Shown piece after piece: positions 36,036 through 45,697 of a DNA stretch of 64,000 bases. Both the position numbers and the translations under genes were made by a program. Each line of letters begins with the position of its first letter. Position 1 is the first letter of the stretch. The DNA is from Patescibacteria group bacterium (lineage in GTDB: Bacteria; Patescibacteriota; Minisyncoccia; Moranbacterales; UBA2206): the NCBI GenBank assembly GCA_022709735.1, contig JAKLIG010000001.1, forward strand, positions 256,586 through 320,585. The letters run 5' to 3'. The notes under the pieces are model-generated. The model was given only the letters and a program-made list of their open reading frames with translations, did not search any database and was not told the origin of the DNA.

Positions 36036-38648
36036 TTATTTTCCAAAAACCAGTTTTTCCTTTTTTAAGTCAATTCTCACTTTTTCACCTTCCTTAATTT
36101 TTCCTTCAATCATTTCCATTGCCAATTCGTCCAAAATTTCATTTTGAATGACTCTTTTCAGCGGTCTCGCGCCATAGGCGGGATCAAAACCTTTTTTGGA
36201 AAGATATTTTTTAGCTTCCCCAGTAAAAGAAATTCGAATATTTTTTTCTTTGAGACGATTTTGGATTTTTTTAATTTCCAAATCAGTAATGAGGCGAAGC
36301 ATTTTTGGAGTGATTGGATGAAAAATAATTATTTCATCCAGACGATTTAAAAATTCCGGCTTGAAATTTTCGCGAAGGGAAATCAGGACTTTTTCTTTCA
36401 TTTCTTCTTCGCCTAAAATTTCATTCTCTCCCAATTCCTTAAAGCCCAATCCGCTTTTATAAATTATTTCCGAACCGACATTGGAAGTCATGATAATCAC
36501 GGTATTTTTAAAATTCACTTTTCGCCCCTTAGCATCAGTCAGATGCCCTTCATCCAAAATTTGGAGCATTAAATTGAAAACTTGCGGATTAGCTTTTTCA
36601 ATTTCGTCAAAAAGAATTACACTGTATGGTTTTTTGCGAATGATTTCTGAAAGCTGTCCCCCTTCCTCATAACCGACATAACCGGGAGGCGAACCGATCA
36701 TTTTTGAAATACTGTGCGATTCCATATATTCACTCATATCCACTCGAATCATCGCCGATTCATCATCGAAAAGAAATTCCGCTAAAGTTTTGGCCAATTC
36801 TGTTTTGCCTACTCCCGTTGGACCTAGGAATATAAATGAACCGATCGGTCGATTAGTCTGCGAAATTCCGCTTCGCGATCTCCTGATTGCATTCGCCACT
36901 GCTTTGATTGCTTCAGTTTGCCCTACCACTCTTTCGGAAAGTTCTTCTTCCATTTTCACTAGTTTTTCTGATTCATCTTGAAGCATTTTGAACACTGGGA
37001 TTCCAGTCCAGCGCGAAACAACCTTGGCAATATCTTCCGGCATCACTTCTTCTTTGAGAATTGGATTTTTGCTTTGAATATTATCCAGCTTGTTTTTTTC
37101 GGCTTTTATTTTTTTCTCCAGTTCCGGAATTTTTCCATAACGAATTTCTGCTACCTTATCCAATTCCATTTTTCGTTCGGAAATTTCAGCCACTGATTTT
37201 AATTTTTCAATTTCTGCCGAATGAGCGCGAATGTTTGTGATAAGATCTTTTTCGGTTTTCCACTGAAGGATTATTTTTTGTGATTGCTCTTTGACTTCCG
37301 CTAATTTTTTATTCAATTCTTTTATTCTTTTCTTTGCTTCTGAATTATCTTCTTTTTCCAAAGCCTTTTTTTCAATCGCCATTCGGCGCATCAATCTTTC
37401 AGTTGAATCAATTTCAGACGGCATAGAATCGATTTCCATTCGCATCGCGCTGGTCGCTTCATCAATAAGATCCACTGCCTTGTCCGGCAAAAAGCGGTCA
37501 GTAATATAGCGATCAGACAATTTTACCGCCTCTTGAATAGCCGCATCAGTTATTTTTACTCCGTGATGTACTTCATATTTTTCTTTGAGCCCGCGAAGAA
37601 TTGCCACAGTATCTTCAATCGAAGGTTCATTCACCATAATCGGCTGAAATCGGCGCTCCAGCGCGGTATCTTTTTCAATATATTTTTGATATTCTCTAGT
37701 CGTGGTTGCGCCAATCATTCTAATTCTTCCCCGCGCCAGCGCTGGTTTTAGCATATTAGAAGCATCCAGCGCGCCTTCAATTGCGCCAGCGCCGACAAGA
37801 GTGTGCAATTCATCAATAAAAAGAATATATTTACCAGCGGCGCGATCTATTTCATTTATAATAGCTTTGAGGCGCTCTTCAAATTCTCCGCGAAATTTTG
37901 TTCCGGCCAGAAGCGACCCAAGATCCAAAGAAACAATAATTTTGTCCTTGAGTGTTTCCGGCACATCGCCATCAGCAATTCTTTGGGCCAATCCTTCTAC
38001 AATTGCAGTCTTACCTGTTCCGGCTTCACCAATAAGCACGGGATTATTTTTCGTTCTTCGGCTCAACACTTGCATCACGCGCCGAATTTCATTATCCCGG
38101 CCAATAACTGGATCAAGTTTTTTATTTCTGGCAAGTTCCGTGAGATTGAGGGCATATTTTTCCATCACTTGAAATTTAGTTTCCGGTTCTGGCGTATCAA
38201 TTCTTTGTCCGCCTCTGATTTCTGAAAGCATTTTTAGAACTACTTCATAATTTATGTTTCTTTTTTCCAAAAAATCTTTTAGCGGAGTTTTGACTGACAA
38301 AAAAGAAAGCAAAATATGTTCGGTTGAAATATATTCGTCGCCGATTTTTTTCGCTTCTTGTTCAGCGCCGTTCAAAATAACAATAACCTCCGGCGTGATA
38401 AAAATTTGCGCTAGATTGCCTTTTAAATTTTTTGGAGAACTGTCTAAAATCGCCGATATTTCTTCTTTGATTTTTTCCAGATTTATTTCCATTTTTTTCA
38501 AAACTAGCGGGACAGAAGAATTTTCCTGATCAATGAGAGAAAACAACAAATGAAAACCTTCCACTTGCTGTTGGTTTTTTATTATTGCCAATTCTTGCGA
38601 ATCGCGCAAAACTTCTTGGGATTTGGTTGTGAGCTTGTTTAGATCCAT
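36036..38648 (-). CDS. clpB: chaperone ClpB (AAA+ disaggregase)
   Basis: Clp N domain, two AAA+ modules ([15 protein letters not shown] and [15 protein letters not shown]), a middle coiled coil, and 870 aa. Confidence 0.95.
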   Translation of the reverse strand: MDLNKLTTKSQEVLRDSQELAIIKNQQQVEGFHLLFSLIDQENSSVPLVLKKMEINLEKIKEEISAILDSSPKNLKGNLAQIFITPEVIVILNGAEQEAKKIGDEYISTEHILLSFLSVKTPLKDFLEKRNINYEVVLKMLSEIRGGQRIDTPEPETKFQVMEKYALNLTELARNKKLDPVIGRDNEIRRVMQVLSRRTKNNPVLIGEAGTGKTAIVEGLAQRIADGDVPETLKDKIIVSLDLGSLLAGTKFRGEFEERLKAIINEIDRAAGKYILFIDELHTLVGAGAIEGALDASNMLKPALARGRIRMIGATTTREYQKYIEKDTALERRFQPIMVNEPSIEDTVAILRGLKEKYEVHHGVKITDAAIQEAVKLSDRYITDRFLPDKAVDLIDEATSAMRMEIDSMPSEIDSTERLMRRMAIEKKALEKEDNSEAKKRIKELNKKLAEVKEQSQKIILQWKTEKDLITNIRAHSAEIEKLKSVAEISERKMELDKVAEIRYGKIPELEKKIKAEKNKLDNIQSKNPILKEEVMPEDIAKVVSRWTGIPVFKMLQDESEKLVKMEEELSERVVGQTEAIKAVANAIRRSRSGISQTNRPIGSFIFLGPTGVGKTELAKTLAEFLFDDESAMIRVDMSEYMESHSISKMIGSPPGYVGYEEGGQLSEIIRKKPYSVILFDEIEKANPQVFNLMLQILDEGHLTDAKGRKVNFKNTVIIMTSNVGSEIIYKSGLGFKELGENEILGEEEMKEKVLISLRENFKPEFLNRLDEIIIFHPITPKMLRLITDLEIKKIQNRLKEKNIRISFTGEAKKYLSKKGFDPAYGARPLKRVIQNEILDELAMEMIEGKIKEGEKVRIDLKKEKLVFGK

Positions 38649-39925
38649 TATTTTTTCTCTGCTAATACTACTTTTACCTCTTTTTCTGTTCCTTTATGCC
38701 AAATTTTAAGCGAAATTTCATCACCGGCGCTGTGATCAGAAATTATGGTTGATAACTGGTTTTTATCATCAATTTTCTGACCATCCGCCTCTAAAATTAT
38801 ATCATTTTCCACTATTCCTGCCTTATCTGCAGGCGAACCGGGAATAACAGCAAAGTCGGTAATTTTGTCTCCGCGAGCAACTAGCGCTCCATAATTATAC
38901 GGTAAACTATTTTCCTTTTGCAAGACGCTATCCACTGGAATGTAGCGGACACCGATAAACGGCGTGGAAATTTTTCCGGTTTTTTTGACTTGGTCTGTAA
39001 TTTTCTTAACTTGATTTACCGGAATAGCAAAGCCAATATTTTGCGCACCCTGGGCAATCGCTACATTTATCCCAATCACTTGGCCATTTATATCCAAAAG
39101 CGGTCCACCAGAATTGCCCGGATTAATTGCTGCGTCAGTTTGAATTATATTATTTAATTTTTCCGCTTGTCCCATTCCGTCTCCAGCCGTTAAATTTCTC
39201 TTGAGTCCGGAAATTATGCCCCGACTCACTGTATTGGAAAATTCTCCCAAGGAATTGCCGATAGCCACAACTGTTTGTCCAATTTGAGCCAAATCAGAAT
39301 CACCTAATTCCAAAACTGGGTAATCTTTTCCATCAATTTTTATCACTGCAATATCATTATTTGAATCAATTGCTAAAACTTTAGCCGGGTGTTCCTTATC
39401 ATCATTTGTTACTACTGTATAATCCGCCGAGGAATCATCTACCACATGGCGATTAGTAACAATCATGCCGTCATCGGTTATGAAAAATCCTGTTCCGCCT
39501 CCAATGGTCTGTTTTTTTGTCCCTCCCTGAGAATTATCATTTATCCCTCCACTCTCCGGACCGAAATAAAAATCAAAAGGGGTTCCAAAAAAATTCGGCA
39601 GATTGCCAAAATTTTGAATTTTTGGAACATCTTTGGAAATTACAATACTTACTACCGCTGGTGCAGAATTTTTGACCACATCAATTACCGCTGAATCTTC
39701 TTGAATTATTTTTTGTTTAACCACTTCGGGATCATTTTGAGTATTTTTATTTTTTGAAAATAATTGCAGACTTCCCTTGGAGGCTAGAAAGCCAAAAATA
39801 GCGCCTGTTCCGGCCGAAACAAAAATAATTAAAACTAAAACTACTGCGACAAAAAATACTTTGCCGTGCTTGGTTTTTTTTTCTTGGGAATCAGCTTCAA
39901 TGTTTTGATTTTCTATATTTTCCAT
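38648..39925 (-). CDS. htrA: serine protease HtrA/DegP with a PDZ domain
   Basis: Intact triad context ([21 protein letters not shown]), an N-terminal TM helix and a C-terminal PDZ domain. Confidence 0.9.
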   Translation of the reverse strand: MENIENQNIEADSQEKKTKHGKVFFVAVVLVLIIFVSAGTGAIFGFLASKGSLQLFSKNKNTQNDPEVVKQKIIQEDSAVIDVVKNSAPAVVSIVISKDVPKIQNFGNLPNFFGTPFDFYFGPESGGINDNSQGGTKKQTIGGGTGFFITDDGMIVTNRHVVDDSSADYTVVTNDDKEHPAKVLAIDSNNDIAVIKIDGKDYPVLELGDSDLAQIGQTVVAIGNSLGEFSNTVSRGIISGLKRNLTAGDGMGQAEKLNNIIQTDAAINPGNSGGPLLDINGQVIGINVAIAQGAQNIGFAIPVNQVKKITDQVKKTGKISTPFIGVRYIPVDSVLQKENSLPYNYGALVARGDKITDFAVIPGSPADKAGIVENDIILEADGQKIDDKNQLSTIISDHSAGDEISLKIWHKGTEKEVKVVLAEKK

Positions 39926-40026
39926 ATTTTTATTTTTTCACTCCAAACATTCCACTGAAGTATTTGGAGTGGTTTTTAATAATTATCTATTAAGAACACA
40001 GAAAATAATACAAGCTTTCGCAATTT

Positions 40027-40206
40027 TTATTCCATCGAAATTGCGCTCACTGGACAGCTGTCAATCACTTCCTGGCAATTGCAATCTCCACAGTCATCAG
40101 CAATCACTTTTGATTTTCCCTCTTCTAGCTTGAAAACTTTCGGGCAAAGAGATTCGCAGGTTCCACAACCGATGCAAAGCTCTTCATTTACTTTTGCTTT
40201 TGGCAT
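40027..40206 (-). CDS. 4Fe-4S ferredoxin
   Basis: CIGCGTCESLCP and CGDCNCQEVIDSCP cluster motifs. The start is taken as the MPKAKV Met, because the 13 upstream codons of the track ORF are encoded by palindromic repeat B2. Confidence 0.7.
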   Translation of the reverse strand: MPKAKVNEELCIGCGTCESLCPKVFKLEEGKSKVIADDCGDCNCQEVIDSCPVSAISME

Positions 40207-40215
40207 TTTTTTATG

Positions 40216-40262
40216 GCGACTCGAATAACTCGAACGAGTTTTCATTCGTAAATTAGAGTCGC
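40216..40262. repeat. Intergenic palindromic repeat B2 (shortened inverted copy of B1)
   Basis: gcgactcgaataactcgaacgagttttcattcgtaaattagagtcgc. Its ends are the reverse complement of the B1 ends (3546-3629). Confidence 0.55.
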
Positions 40263-40267
40263 TTATA

Positions 40268-41335
40268 TTAAAAAATTATCGACGGATCGTTAATCGGATT
40301 TTTCAGTAAATCAGCTTCATAATCTTTGAGCGTTTTGTCACGAAATTCCACTTGCCTGGTCTCATTATTCCAAAAAAATCTCCTGATTGGAACAAACATC
40401 TTATAATTTTTCTTCACTCCGGAAAGCCAATCATTGAGAGTTTCGGTAGGAATAAATATCTGGCTTATTTTAGCCATATTTTCGCCATTTTGCACTTTTT
40501 TATCCTCCAATTTAACAATATGAAATCCAATAGGACTTTCGATTATTTCGCTTTGCTTATTTTTTTCTAGAGAAAAAATTACCTCGGCTACCTCTGGGAG
40601 CATTTGCTCTGAACTAAACCAGCCAAGCGCTCCTCCATTCTTAGCGCTCTCCCCTTTTGAATATTTTTTAGCAACTTCAGAAAAAATTACGCCTTTCTTG
40701 AGATCACTTTGGGCTTCTTCGATTTTTTTCTTTGCTTCCGCAAAAGAAGAATCAGTTTTCTTAATATCGGCAAAAAGTTTTTCCTGATATAAATCCGGCT
40801 TGACTATATTTTTTTTGAAATCATCAATGCTCCAGCCATACAGTTTTTCTAAATTATCCTTGAGATATTCACCTGTTCCATATTCCTTGAGTTTTCTATC
40901 CACTTCTTGGTCAATCAGCTCCTCTGTTATTTTAATGCCTCTTTTTTTCGCTTCTGTTTCCACGATAGAATCGTCAATCAATTTATTCAAAATATTTTTT
41001 TCCTTAATTGCCAGTCTTTTCTTGCCATCTTCCGTTGAAAAATCAACTCGCAGGCCGACTTGGGAAAAATCCTGGTTTTCATAAAACTTTTTAGCGCTTA
41101 AGAGTTGGCTAGAAAGCTTACTTTCTGTGACGATTCCGGATTTTGAAATTGCCACCGGATACGGAATGATTGAAGCAGTTATTCGGACAATCTTATTTTC
41201 ATTTTTTGGAAAAAAATAGATAATCGCGCCGATAGCCAGAATATAAATGACCAGAAGAATCGCGATTGTTTTAAAGATAGTTTTTAGTTGTATTATTTTT
41301 TCTTTTTTATTATTCATATTTTTATTTCTTAGCAA
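40268..41335 (-). CDS. membrane-anchored parvulin-type peptidyl-prolyl isomerase (PrsA/SurA-like)
   Basis: N-terminal TM helix, a chaperone-like region, and a PpiC domain (GGALGWFSSEQMLPEVAEVIF...GFHIVKLED). Confidence 0.7.
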   Translation of the reverse strand: MLRNKNMNNKKEKIIQLKTIFKTIAILLVIYILAIGAIIYFFPKNENKIVRITASIIPYPVAISKSGIVTESKLSSQLLSAKKFYENQDFSQVGLRVDFSTEDGKKRLAIKEKNILNKLIDDSIVETEAKKRGIKITEELIDQEVDRKLKEYGTGEYLKDNLEKLYGWSIDDFKKNIVKPDLYQEKLFADIKKTDSSFAEAKKKIEEAQSDLKKGVIFSEVAKKYSKGESAKNGGALGWFSSEQMLPEVAEVIFSLEKNKQSEIIESPIGFHIVKLEDKKVQNGENMAKISQIFIPTETLNDWLSGVKKNYKMFVPIRRFFWNNETRQVEFRDKTLKDYEADLLKNPINDPSIIF

Positions 41336-41735
41336 AAAAATAATTCCACCATTTCAAAAAAATTGAACTTTTTTGATTGGAATATTGAATCGGATTATTA
41401 TTTTCAGTATTTAATCCCTCTTCTTTCTGTTTTGCTACAATTGAATCTTGCGTTATCGCCACCACATTTTCTCCGGGATCTTGCAGATCAAGCTTGTCTT
41501 TGGCTTGAATTTTTTGATAATCTTCGCTTCCAAGATAGGCTATCCTCTCTTCCAGGCTCATATTTTCCTGTTTTATTTTTTCCGCTTGTTTCTTGAGCAA
41601 TTCTATTTCGCTTTCCACTTGCTTATTTTTGGAAAATTCCCTGTATGCGGAGTATCCCAGAAAACCTAAAAATATAACAGCTATAAAAATAATAGGCCAA
41701 ATTATCCAGGAACCGGTTAAATTTTTATTTTTCAT
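41322..41735 (-). CDS. FtsB/DivIC-like septum formation initiator (TM plus coiled coil)
   Basis: Single N-terminal TM helix, then a heptad-rich coiled coil (EIELLKKQAEKIKQENMSLEERIAYL). Confidence 0.4.
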   Translation of the reverse strand: MKNKNLTGSWIIWPIIFIAVIFLGFLGYSAYREFSKNKQVESEIELLKKQAEKIKQENMSLEERIAYLGSEDYQKIQAKDKLDLQDPGENVVAITQDSIVAKQKEEGLNTENNNPIQYSNQKSSIFLKWWNYFFAKK

Positions 41736-41886
41736 TTTAATACATCAGAGCCGGGGCAACAGTAAAAGCTACCATTGCCAAAACTGCAATGATTGTGATA
41801 ACAAGCCAAATTCTTTGTATCCATTTTCGTCCTTTTCTTGTTCGCATGAATATATTTTAGCAAAATTTTAAATTTTAGACAAATTG

Positions 41887-43668
41887 CTATTTTTTCAGCA
41901 CCGACAAAAACGCTTCGGGTGGAATGGAAACTCGGCCAATATTCTTCATTTTTTTCTTGCCTTTTTTCTGCTTTTCCAAAAGCTTTTTCTTTCGCGTCAC
42001 ATCTCCTCCATAAAGCTTGGCAATCACATCTTTTCTAAAAGCTTTGATGGTTTCGCGCGCAATAACTTTGGCGCCTAGCGCTGCCTGAAGAGCAATTTGA
42101 AAATTCTGTTTGGGAATAACGTCTTTCAATTTTTCCACTATTCTTTTACCTTCAGAAAAGGCTTTTTCTCTGGGAACAATTCGAGAAAATGCATCTACTT
42201 TTTCTTCTGCAATTAAGATATCTAATTTAACCAAATCATACGGCCGATAATCTTTGACTTCATAATTCATTGAAGCATAGCCAGAAGAGGCACTTTTCAA
42301 ATCATCGTGCAAATTAGTTACCACATCAGTAAGTGGGCAATCAAATTTTATGATCATTCTTTCGCTGTCAAGATATTGCGTATCCAGATACTCGGCGCGA
42401 GTATTTTTCATCACTTCCATAATCGCCCCAAGATAACTTGATGGCGAAACGATTTCCAAAGCAACAAAAGGTTCAAAAATTTCTTCAATTTCTGAAGGAT
42501 CAGGAAATTCTGATGGAGAATATATTTTTATCCGCTCTCTTTTATTTTTTCCGCTCGCCAGTTGCACTTCATAAACAACGCTTGGCGTAGTGATAGTTGG
42601 ATTTATTCCAAATTCCCGCTCTAGTCGAGACTGGATTATTTCGAGATGAAGCAGTCCTAAAAATCCGCAACGAAAACCTCTTCCTAAAGCCAGATTGGAT
42701 TCTGGTTCAAAAACAAAAGCGGCATCATTGAGCTTCAATTTTTCCAAAGCATCCCGCATAAAATTATAATCATCGCCTTCCAGCGGATAGAATGACGCAT
42801 AAACCATTGGCTGGACTTCTTTGTATCCTGGAAGTGGTTCCACTTTTGTATTTAGGGTTGTAATTGTGTCGCCTACTCGACATTCTTCAACACTTCGCAG
42901 TCCTGTGGCGATATAACCAATTTCACCGGCGGAAAGCTTGTCTGATTTTTGCAAGTTCGGTTTGAAATATCCCACTTCAATTACATCGCTCTGCGTTTTA
43001 TTCATCATCATTTCAATTTTTTCTTCTGCTTTGATTTCTCCGTCAAAAATTCTAACATGCGCTAGCACGCCTTTGTATGTATCGTATTTTGAATCAAAAA
43101 TTAGGGCGCGAAGCGGTTTTTCTTTTTCGCCCTTTGGAAAAGGAACTTTTTCCACAATTTTTTCCAAAAGTTGAAGAACATTTTGACCGGTTTTTCCGGA
43201 AACTTCCAAAATTTCTTCCTCCTTGCACCCAAGAATTTGAATAATTTCCCGTTTAGATTTTTCAACATTAGCATTCGGCAAATCAATTTTGTTGACCACT
43301 GGGATTATTTCCAAATTATGCTCGATGGCTTGGTATAAATTAGCCAGTGTCTGCGCCTGCACGCCTTTGGTTGCATCCACCAAAAGTACCGCGCCTTCCA
43401 CTGCCGCAAGCGATCTTGAAACTTCATAGCCAAAATCAACATGCCCCGGAGTGTCAATCAGATTCAAAATATATTCCTTATAATTCATACGGACTGGTTG
43501 CATTTTGATCGTTATTCCCCTCTCTCTTTCCAAATCCATAGTATCCAGAAGCTGTTCTTTCATTTTGCGCTTCTCAATCGTTCCAGTCATTTCCAACATC
43601 CGATCGGCAAGGGTTGACTTTCCGTGATCAATATGGGCAATTATGCAGAAATTTCGAATATTATTCAT
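41887..43668 (-). CDS. lepA: elongation factor 4 (LepA)
   Basis: G-domain AHIDHGKSTLADR, DTPGHVDF and NKID motifs, the LepA-specific C-terminal domain, and 593 aa. Confidence 0.95.
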   Translation of the reverse strand: MNNIRNFCIIAHIDHGKSTLADRMLEMTGTIEKRKMKEQLLDTMDLERERGITIKMQPVRMNYKEYILNLIDTPGHVDFGYEVSRSLAAVEGAVLLVDATKGVQAQTLANLYQAIEHNLEIIPVVNKIDLPNANVEKSKREIIQILGCKEEEILEVSGKTGQNVLQLLEKIVEKVPFPKGEKEKPLRALIFDSKYDTYKGVLAHVRIFDGEIKAEEKIEMMMNKTQSDVIEVGYFKPNLQKSDKLSAGEIGYIATGLRSVEECRVGDTITTLNTKVEPLPGYKEVQPMVYASFYPLEGDDYNFMRDALEKLKLNDAAFVFEPESNLALGRGFRCGFLGLLHLEIIQSRLEREFGINPTITTPSVVYEVQLASGKNKRERIKIYSPSEFPDPSEIEEIFEPFVALEIVSPSSYLGAIMEVMKNTRAEYLDTQYLDSERMIIKFDCPLTDVVTNLHDDLKSASSGYASMNYEVKDYRPYDLVKLDILIAEEKVDAFSRIVPREKAFSEGKRIVEKLKDVIPKQNFQIALQAALGAKVIARETIKAFRKDVIAKLYGGDVTRKKKLLEKQKKGKKKMKNIGRVSIPPEAFLSVLKK

Positions 43669-43911
43669 AAATATTGAGGTTTAACAGTTTTTATGCTACA
43701 CTTTTCTTAGAAACAATATAGCTAATCATACCAAAACTTCGTATAATATACAAATTTTTGTCATTGTTTAGCATAAAGTTCGTATATAAAAGAGTTATAC
43801 GCCATTTTGAAAAGCCCCTTTTATTTTTTAATAATTTTGGCAATTCATTTTTGGGGTCGAGGTATAACTGAAATTTATAGATAAGCATTAAAAAAAATTA
43901 ACATTAAAATT

Positions 43912-44175
43912 ATGGGAGAAGGAAAAAACATAAACATGCCCCCAGTAGTTGAAAAATCTGAAAAAACAGAATGGGAAGAATTACTAAAAAAAGATTTGAT
44001 GTGCAGACAATATGGTGACAAGGAATTAGCACGAGCTTTAGAATTACATGATAAATTTTGCGAAGGTGAGATTGAAACATTTAATAAAGTGGACGGGGCG
44101 GCGGGCGAATCAATAACAAAGCATCATTGTGATGATTGTGGTTTTTGGGGTTCTGAATGGGAAGAAGAAAAATAA
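43912..44175 (+). CDS. small acidic Cys/His-containing protein, unknown function
   Basis: 87 aa with Cys in MCRQ, KFCEG and HHCDDCG (a possible Zn ribbon). Lies within the GC-richer island. Confidence 0.35.
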   Translation: MGEGKNINMPPVVEKSEKTEWEELLKKDLMCRQYGDKELARALELHDKFCEGEIETFNKVDGAAGESITKHHCDDCGFWGSEWEEEK

Positions 44176-44245
44176 ATTGACAAAATTAAATACGATAAGA
44201 CAGGGGTTTTTCAAAACAGCGTATAACAACGCATATCTGGCTACA

Positions 44246-44336
44246 GGAAATTGACGCTATTAAAAACAATATTGAGTGTCAATTTCCCTCCGCCCAAATT
44301 TTCATCCCTTAGGTTGATGAAAGTTTAGGCGGAGAT
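44246..44336 (+). promoter_or_regulatory. highly structured leader element upstream of 44429-45055
   Basis: 10-bp inverted repeat ggaaattgac/gtcaatttcc, then nested stems ctccgcc[ttttcatc...gatgaaag]ggcggag. Further hairpins follow up to about 44425. Confidence 0.35.
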
Positions 44337-44428
44337 AATTAAACAAAGCATTGTCTGAAATCAAACGTTTATCCTGCTAAGTCGGGATGAAAACTTCAGA
44401 TGATGCGTAAACGTTGTGACGAAATATT

Positions 44429-45055
44429 TTGCCGATTATCAACTATATGAAAATACTTAAACCAGTTACTGAACACGAGGTAACCGCCCTACTCTTCAAG
44501 TATAATTACAGCTCTTTTCGTTTTGGAGAAAAGTTAAAGGCTATTATAAAAGAACGGGGTATCAATAAAAATATTATTATTAACCCTAATACCCAAAACG
44601 AAAAGGAAAATATAATACGCGAGAAATTAATGCGCTCGTTCGATGGTGATGATATCGGCGGTTATCTATCGCAAGATTTTCCAAATAACGTACAATGGAA
44701 GCTAGTAAGAATTAATAAACAAGAAATTCAACAGATTAAATATCTCAACTACAGCTACTGGAACGAGTTATCTAATCATAAGAGATATATCGCCGAGGGG
44801 GTTAAAACAATCAAAAAAGGAGTTGAAATATTTAGTCAAAGCAATGATATATTCTTCAAGGCATTCGAGGCTTTAAAACAAGGTGCGAAATTTCCTCCAC
44901 CTGTTCTTATCGCCAAGAATGAGCAGTCTGACCTTGTGGCAGTTGATGGACATTTACGGCTTACCTGCTACTTGCTTGATTCGAAATATACTCCGAAGGA
45001 AATAGATGCTTACATCGGTTATTCGGAAAATTTTGCTAACTGGGATCTTTACTAA
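44429..45055 (+). CDS. ParB/Srx-fold (DGHxR motif) protein, unknown function
   Basis: ...PPPVLIAKNEQSDLVAVDGHLRLTCYLL resembles the ParB/sulfiredoxin/DUF262 DG(H/Q)(H/Q)R nucleotide-binding core. The track start is a TTG; an ATG 6 codons downstream (MKILKP) is an alternative. Confidence 0.35.
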   Translation: MPIINYMKILKPVTEHEVTALLFKYNYSSFRFGEKLKAIIKERGINKNIIINPNTQNEKENIIREKLMRSFDGDDIGGYLSQDFPNNVQWKLVRINKQEIQQIKYLNYSYWNELSNHKRYIAEGVKTIKKGVEIFSQSNDIFFKAFEALKQGAKFPPPVLIAKNEQSDLVAVDGHLRLTCYLLDSKYTPKEIDAYIGYSENFANWDLY

Positions 45056-45121
45056 TCGGCAAAATACATCGCACAACAAGGAATATCTGATTCATCCCGC
45101 CTTTAATATATAAATTAAGGT

Positions 45122-45628
45122 ATGGCGGGATTCACCCAAATCCCGCACTTTTTCGCAATTATATTTATAAATATGATAATCAAAGTTTTCATCGAAAATG
45201 AATCCTCCTCTGACCAAAAAAATATATTCGACGAAAAAACTCTCGAATATAGCCGATCGCATAAAGTTTCAAGAAAATATCCCTACCCTTATGGATTTAT
45301 TTTAGATTCAAATAGCGAGGATGGCGGCAATATAGACTGTTTTGTAATAACAGCAAAAAAGCTAAAAAGTGGTGAAATCGTAGAGTGCAAGCCAATCGGA
45401 ATTTTAGAACAATTTGAAAATTCATGGGACCCAAAAAAATATGGCATAGAGGAAATTGATCATAATATATTGGCCGCCCTAAGCGACGAAGAAGTAAATA
45501 TTGATGATGAAGTTAAAGGTAGGCTCTCCGATTTCATTGTTCATGTTTTTGACCATTTACCAAACAAAAAAGTACGGGTAGGGAATTTTCTCGATGAAAA
45601 CTTTGCTTTAAAATACCTAAGAAAATAA
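45122..45628 (+). CDS. family-I inorganic pyrophosphatase homolog with substituted active-site Asp (likely the true start is at MIIKVF, about 45173)
   Basis: YPYPYGFI aligns to PPase YPxNYGFI. EDGGNIDCFV aligns to DGDPLDVLV, with the second Asp changed to Gly. A later Asp-rich segment is also altered (FENSWDPKK). Confidence 0.6.
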   Translation: MAGFTQIPHFFAIIFINMIIKVFIENESSSDQKNIFDEKTLEYSRSHKVSRKYPYPYGFILDSNSEDGGNIDCFVITAKKLKSGEIVECKPIGILEQFENSWDPKKYGIEEIDHNILAALSDEEVNIDDEVKGRLSDFIVHVFDHLPNKKVRVGNFLDENFALKYLRK

Positions 45629-45697
45629 TTGCGAAAAAGTGCGAGACTTCAGATATTCCTAAACGTTGTACGAAATAAATTTTTATTTATTTAATAG

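Noticed and set aside
36144-38529. Nine plus-strand ORFs (63-156 aa) inside clpB
   Set aside because: All antisense to a complete, motif-rich clpB. These are classic long shadow ORFs in an 870-aa gene.
43691-43888. 65-aa minus-strand ORF upstream of lepA
   Set aside because: AT-rich and low-complexity, no motif. Lies in a probable promoter or leader region.
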